Below are positions 57,440-64,000 of a stretch of 64,000 bases of DNA, one piece after another. Source of the DNA: Eledone cirrhosa (lineage: Eukaryota); the NCBI GenBank assembly GCA_964016885.1, contig OZ024742.1, positions 338,644,001 to 338,708,000 on the forward strand, written 5' to 3'. A model generated the notes under the pieces. The model was not told where the DNA came from and did no database searches. It was given only the letters and a program-made list of their open reading frames with translations. A program made the position numbers and the translations under genes. Position 1 is the first letter of the stretch. Every line of letters begins with the position of its first letter.

Positions 57440-58085
57440 ACAAAACGAAAACACTAACAAATATAATATATACAAAGGAAAGGGTAAGGAAAAAAAAGAA
57501 AGAGAAAAAATACACAAGCACGTAATACCCACATCTTAGACCCCATAGAACAATATGCAGGCGAAAGAATGGTAAAAACAAGACGCTACCAGAGCAAAAG
57601 ATAGCAATATAGCGAAGAGCACTGGGAAACCTCTCTTATAATTTTTGAGGCAAGCCAGCGCGCTCGTAGCGTTACCTGGGGTAATGGCGAGGCTGAGGTC
57701 CTGGAACAATCAAGTGCCCTCACGAGCATCACCAGTTACCTGTTTGGCGAGCTGCCAGTGAAGATAAGAACCTCTCTGTCAGTAGCCCGACTCCCCCAAA
57801 CGTCTCGAACGTCACAGGCTGGATAATGTAGTTATCTGACAGAACACGGTATTTTAGGATTTTGTTCTGTTTAACTGTGGATGCTGTAGCTCTCGCCCTT
57901 ACCGCTGCATCCAGGATGTGTGAAGAAGCAAAAGAGTCACTAACTGTGACGTCCCAGGTAAGGCATCTGCCTCTTGACCAGGAGCACAGAGTAAGACCGT
58001 CAAGTCTTTTCCCATCAATTCTGGACAACCCAAACGTTCCAAAATTGAGGGGATGTTTGTCCGGGTCAAAGCTCTTGAGTGGTAA
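57440..58085 (-). mobile_element. CRE-like non-LTR retrotransposon 3' fragment (RLE domain)
   Basis: DGKRLDGLTL..WDVTVSD..KILKY..PVTFETFG; an internally deleted echo lies at about 57045-57218. Confidence 0.75.
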
Positions 58086-58282
58086 TAGGATAGTGTGTGT
58101 ATGTGCACGCGCGAGTTTGTCGGTGTTCTTAAATTAGAGACGTGTGTGTGTGTCACTGGTTTTAAGTTAAAGACATATATGTGTGTATCCGTTTCCTTCC
58201 TTTTACACACATACATTCACACAAACACACATACACATTGTGTGATGACGGGTAGACAGAAGTCCCTCAAATTTATATACAT

Positions 58283-59320
58283 GTGAATGGAGTTCTACGG
58301 AAGCAGTTAGAGAAGTTCAAGTATCTTGGAGCCGTGTTCATGAGTGATGGAATGCAGGAGGCTGAATTAAATGCAAGAATTGCAAAAGCTGATGCAGTAA
58401 TACGCCAGCCTCAGCATTCAGCAATACGAATATATATATATATATAGAGAGAAATTTCGTATTTCTAAAGAAACATGGTTTTAGGAAGCCGTAGCTATTG
58501 TTGTCCCCCATTTCTGTTGAAGAGGACAGTTTTCTTTAATCCTACAAGAGCAGCTTGGATTATCGTCGGGTATATTTTCTCCAGTAATTTTTTTTTATCT
58601 CATAGACGGTCTACACGAATAGTTTATCTTGACGGTGTTACGTTTGAATATTTTATATCTATGTTTTGATGAGAAATGTCTAAAATCTAAAATATTTCTT
58701 ACCTAAATTAGTCTTTACTTTAAGGTAAAAGACGGGTGTGTGTGTGCGCGAACCAGATAATTCTTCTTTTTCAATTAGTATTTTAGTATGGTTGAGTTTG
58801 GAATGATTGTGTGTGTACATAATTTTGTCACTAAAACCAGATGTAAAAGCCAAACTCGCAGTCTACCTGGTATTCCTGCCAACTCTTAGTGAGGATCATG
58901 AATCTTGTGTAATGACCAAAAGAATACAATTGCAAATAAAAGCTGCAGAAATGGGATTCCTCCGAAGGGTCTTTGGAGTAACGTTACTCGATAAAGTGCA
59001 TAACTCAGAGACCAGAGAGTCACTCCTGGTAGAGCCGCTACTTCTCCAAATTGAGAGATCACAACTCCGATATTATGAGCATGTGGTTAGAATGTCTCAG
59101 TAAAGAATGGCTGGACACATTTTACAGGCAAAACCAACCATCAAGAGACCCAGAGGTAGACCCTGAGCAAGATAGTTGGATAACATCCATGACCTTGGTC
59201 ACGCTTTGGGATCCAGCTGGATCAGTTAGAGATGTTTGCTTCTGACAGACTCGCTGGAAGGAGTGTTTGAGAAGGACTCTTCCCCCACGACCCTCTCAGA
59301 AATAAGTGGGCGAAGAAGAA
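58283..59320 (+). mobile_element. RTE-clade LINE 3' fragment, interrupted at about 58428-58835
   Basis: EKFKYLG..ELNARIAKA; AAEMGFLRRVFGVTLLDKV..IERSQLR; RPRGRP; GAA tail. Confidence 0.8.
58440..58838. mobile_element. Dispersed repeat (copy at 63342-63733, related start at 15384)
   Basis: GAAATTTCGTATTTCTAAAGAAAC..AGGAAGCCGTAGCTAT; about 390 bp shared; starts next to TA repeats. Confidence 0.8.
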
Positions 59321-59395
59321 GATATTGTCAATTTACTTTTCAATTTACATATATATATATTTGCATATAATACCAATATGCACACAACATATGTT

Positions 59396-59430
59396 AGCAG
59401 AAAAGCGCTCGAGGGCGGTTTTTCTGCTAG
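59396..59430 (+). mobile_element. Third Helitron-like 3' terminus
   Basis: CGAGGGCGGTTTTTCTGCTAG|T closely matches 56019-56040. Confidence 0.6.
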
Positions 59431-59515
59431 TATAATTAATAGACGAAGCTTATCGGATAGAAAGGACACAGCTTCGGTCGTTTTCTCACTCACTCAATAA
59501 TCCAATTAAGTCCGT

Positions 59516-59626
59516 AATCCCGCCGAGGTTAACTTTGCCTTTCATCCTTACGGGGCCGATAAAATAAAGTACCAGCAATGTACTGGGATAATTGCTGGCC
59601 TTGTGCCAAAAGTAGAAACAATTATT
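59516..59626 (+). mobile_element. SINE 3' part (octopus-type)
   Basis: Reverse complement of the 5843, 12088 and 20640 copies. Confidence 0.8.
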
Positions 59627-60093
59627 AAAATTCAAACCCAACTGGTTAGAGTGCACACATACGTTAATGAGAGAGGAAGACGACTTCGTGTGGGTATGAT
59701 AATTGAGACAACTGAACCAATGCATCAGCTTCCACGATTCCGATCTGCTGGCAGCGTTCCGAGTGGAACAACTATGAGCAGAAATTTAGGTAATGTTTGT
59801 ATACATAACATACTTTGGCGGCGAACCATGTCGTCAGCGGGAGTTCGTCTCCCTGTAATGGAAAGTTACATATGGCGTGCTAACACATCCCATTACTTGT
59901 TGCAAGTGAATGTAGCAGTTTTCAACTTCTAATACGGCGTGACATCACATCAAAGAGAAGATAAGCCAAGCTTGACCATCTACGCACGCACACACACATT
60001 AGAAATGTTGAAATCTGATTTGCTATAATTATATATATTGTCGATCGACTATCGTCAAATCGGACACATTTGTTCTTAGCTTCGTACAGACGT

Positions 60094-60187
<94 letters not shown>

Positions 60188-60669
60188 CTTACGCACGTGC
60201 ACAAGTGTAGCTCTTTTTACAAAACGTTTTTTTTTCATTTCAGGTAGACGCACTCCATCATCCACGTTTCTAAAAAAATAAATCATACACAAAACGCCAG
60301 CACCAACAGTTTTCCAAGAGATGTCAACATGAATGGACCTGTTGTTTTTATCTAAAGACAACTTTTCCAATTCCAACCCACCCGTCCCCTCAATCATTTT
60401 ATTTCTCATTCTCTCTTCTGAAAGAAACTAACTCCCTAACGACTTGTGAAACAAACTCCCTAACCACAAAGCCATGCCTGCGATTATTATTCAATGTCAA
60501 ATATTTACGAAAGTTCCAAATCAGACTGGTAGCCAATATATGTACTAGATTTCTATAACTGAATTCAGTATAGTTCAATACAATTATTGGATATCGATAT
60601 TCATCGATTACCTATGAATATAAAAATAGATATTGATGCGTTCCACTATGAAATGCTCCAGAAAAATCC

Positions 60670-62940
60670 CGTACTGTCTCATCTACACACCACGTCTCGT
60701 ATTATCTCACCTACACACATGTCTCGTACTGTCTCACCTACACACTATGTCTCGTAATATCTCACCTACACACCATGTCTCGTACTGTCTCGCCTACACA
60801 CCACGTCTCGTAATATCTCACCTACACACCATGTCTCGTACTGTCTCGCCTACACACCATGTCTCGTAATATCTCACCTACACACCATGTCTCGTAATAT
60901 CTCACCTACACATCATGTCTCGTATTATCTCACCTACACACCATGTCTCGTATTATCTCACCTACACACCATGTCTCGTACTGTCTCACCTACACACCAC
61001 GTCTCGTATTATCTCGCCTACACACCATGTCTCGTACTGTCTCACCTACACACCATGTCTCGTACTGTCTCGCCTACACACCGCGTCTCGTAATATCTCA
61101 CCTACACACCATGTCTCGTAATATCTCACCTACACATCATGTCTCGTATTATCTCACCTACACACCATGTCTCGTATTATCTCACCTACACACCATGTCT
61201 CGTACTGTCTCACCTACACACCACGTCTCGTATTATCTAGCCTACACACCATGTCTCGTACTGTCTCACCTACACACCATGTCTCGTATTATCTCACCTA
61301 CACACCATGTCTCGTATTGTCTCACCTACACACCATGTCTCGTAATATCTCGCCTACACACTATGTCTCGTATTATCTCACCTACACACCATGTCTCGTA
61401 TTGTCTCACCTACACACCATGTCTCGTAATATCTCGCCTACACACCACGCCTCGTATTATCTCGCCTACACACCATGTCGCGTATTGTCTCACCTACACA
61501 CCATGTCTCGTAATATCTCGCCTACACACCACGTCTCGTATTATCTCGCCTACACACCATGTCGCGTATTGTCTCACCTACACACCATGTCTCTTAATAT
61601 CTCACCTACACACCATGTCGCATATTGTCTCACCTACACACCATGTCTCGTAATATCTCGCCTACACACCACGTCTCGTATTATCTCGCCTACACACCAT
61701 GTCGCGTATTGTCTCACCTACACACAATGTCTCGTAATATCTCACCTACACATCATGTCTCGTATTATCTCACCTACACACCATGTCTCGTATTATCTCA
61801 CCTACACACCATCTCTCGTACTGTCTCACCTACACACCACGTCTCGTATTATCTCGCCTACACACCATGTCTCGTACTGTCTCACCTACACACCATGTAT
61901 CGTATTATCTCACCTACACACCATGTCTCGTATTGTCTCACCTACACACCATGTCTCGTAATATCTCGCCTACACACTATGTCTCGTATTATCTCACCTA
62001 CACACCATGTCTCGTATTGTCTCACCTACACACCATGTCTCGTAATATCTCGCCTACACACCACGTCTCGTATTATCTCGCCTACACACCATGTCGCGTA
62101 TTGTCTCACCTACACACCATGTCTCGTAATATCTCGCCTACACACCACGTCTCGTATTATCTCGCCTACACACCATGTCGCGTATTGTCTCACCTACACA
62201 CCATGTCTCTTAATATCTCACCTACACACCATGTCGCATATTGTCTCACCTACACACCATGTCTCGTAATATCTCGCCTACACACCACGTCTCGTATTAT
62301 CTCGCCTACACACAATGTCGCGTATTGTCTCACCTACACACCATGTCTCTTAATATCTCACCTACATACCATGTCTCGTATTGTCTCACCTACACACCAT
62401 GTCTCGTAATATCTCGCCTACATACCACGTCTCGTATTATCTCGCCTACACACCATGTCGCGTATTGTCTCACCTACACACCATGTCTCGTAATATCTCA
62501 CCTACACACCATGTCTCGTATTGTCTCACCTACACACCATGTCTCGTATTGTCTCACCTACACACCATGTCTCGTAATATCTCGCCTACACACCACGTCT
62601 CGTATTATCTCGCCTACACACCATGTCTCGTATTGTCTCACCTAAACACCATGTCTCTTAATATCTCGCCTACACACCACGTCTCGTATTATCTCGCCTA
62701 CACACCATGTCTCGTACTGTCTCACTTACACACCATGTCTCGTATTATCTCACCTACACACCATGTCTCGTATTGTCTCACCTACACACCATGTCTCGTA
62801 ATATCTCGCCTACACACCACGTCTCGTATTATCTCGCCTACACACCATGTCTCGTATTGTCTCACCTAAACACCATGTCTCGTAATATCTCGCCTACACA
62901 CCACGTCTCGTACTCTATCGCCTACACACTATGTCTCGCT
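60670..62940. repeat. 28-bp minisatellite, about 81 copies
   Basis: Unit CTC(A/G)CCTACACACCA(T/C)GTCTCGTA(T/A/C)T(A/G)T. Confidence 0.97.
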
Positions 62941-63134
62941 ATATACTCACTAATATTTTACAACATGCAACTCAAATGCATTGATCCACTCATATTATTC
63001 ATATATAGATATTGATAGATGTATTGATGGATGTTTATACAGGCAGCCATATGTAAATATATATGACCTTGAAAGTTCCCCTCCAAAGCACAAGTCCGGG
63101 CAAGGTTGTTTATGGAAGACCAGTAGTCGTCCAT

Positions 63135-63330
63135 ACATACCAACGTCGCCTTTCCACACCACCGATGTTGTCCAAGGAAAAGGCTATGGCCGATATAGCT
63201 TGGCACCAGTGACATCACAACTCATTTCTACAGCTGAGTAAACTGGAGCAACGTGAAATAAAGAACACAACGCAAAGACCGGTCCGAGAATCGAACTCAC
63301 AACTACCTCACGATTGTAAGCCATGCGCCT
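63135..63330 (-). mobile_element. Degenerate tRNA-derived SINE, second family
   Basis: GAATCGAACTC is the reverse complement of a B box; ACTGGAGCAACGTGAAATAAAG is a motif I recall from cephalopod SINEs. Confidence 0.55.
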
Positions 63331-64000
63331 TGATATATGTATATAGAAATTTCGTATTTCTAAAGAAACACGGGTTTAGGAAGCCGTAGCTATTGTTGTC
63401 CCCCATTTCTGTTGAAGAGGACAGTTTTCTTTAATCCTATAAGAGCAGCTTGAATTATCGTCGGGTATATTTTCTCCAGTAATTTTTTTTTAACTCATAG
63501 ACGGTCTACACGATTAGTTTATCTTGACGGTGTTACGTTTGAATATTTTATATCTATGTTTTGATGAGAAATGTCTAAAATCTAAAATATTTCTTACCTA
63601 AATTAGTCTTTACTTTAAGGTAAAAGACGGGTGTGTGTGTGTGCGAACCAGATAATTCTTCTTTTTCAATTAGTATTTTAGTATGGTTGAGTTAGGAATG
63701 ATTGTGTGTGTACATAATTTTGTCACTAAAACCACTATCTAAGAGGGCTTGGTTGTAGTAAGGCGCAGCCTTATCGAATATCTCCCTGGTTGCTGATAGA
63801 TTAGAGATCCTACGATTAATGTTAGAAACTAAGTTTTTAAAGACAGCAGGGGAATGGCATGAGGCTACATTAATATAAGTGAATTTTTCGTTTATGGTAT
63901 GATTTATACGAAGCTGTTGTTAGGTCTAAGTACACATCTAGGAATTAGTAAAGTTTGTATCAACCAAAATTTTAGGTCCTAGAGCACTAAAAGCGTCAAT

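Noticed and set aside
60633-63015. Multiple overlapping 100-260 aa ORFs
   Set aside because: They are artefacts of the 28-bp repeat.

Overview
AT-rich, microsatellite-saturated eukaryotic DNA made almost entirely of mobile elements; no host protein-coding gene is recognisable. The SINE sequences resemble those I recall from octopus, so a cephalopod source is inferred. Contents: two tandem full-length Tx1/L1-clade LINEs plus a truncated third, all in (TTA)n; four R4/Dong-like restriction-like-endonuclease (RLE) LINE pieces, three adjoining (CATA)n; three Penelope-like (RT/GIY-YIG) coding relics; many short fold-back pLTR-like elements in (TA)n, with about 15 minimal hammerhead ribozyme motifs from about 10 families; a decayed Helitron RepHel with several Helitron termini; CRE- and RTE-like fragments; SINEs; an inverted pair of tRNA-like genes; and 33-bp and 28-bp minisatellites. 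The most striking points are that each retroelement class occupies its own microsatellite, the hammerhead fold-back elements are dense, and the two Tx1 elements share a near-identical ORF2 but have divergent 5'UTR/ORF1. All calls were made by eye and boundaries are approximate.
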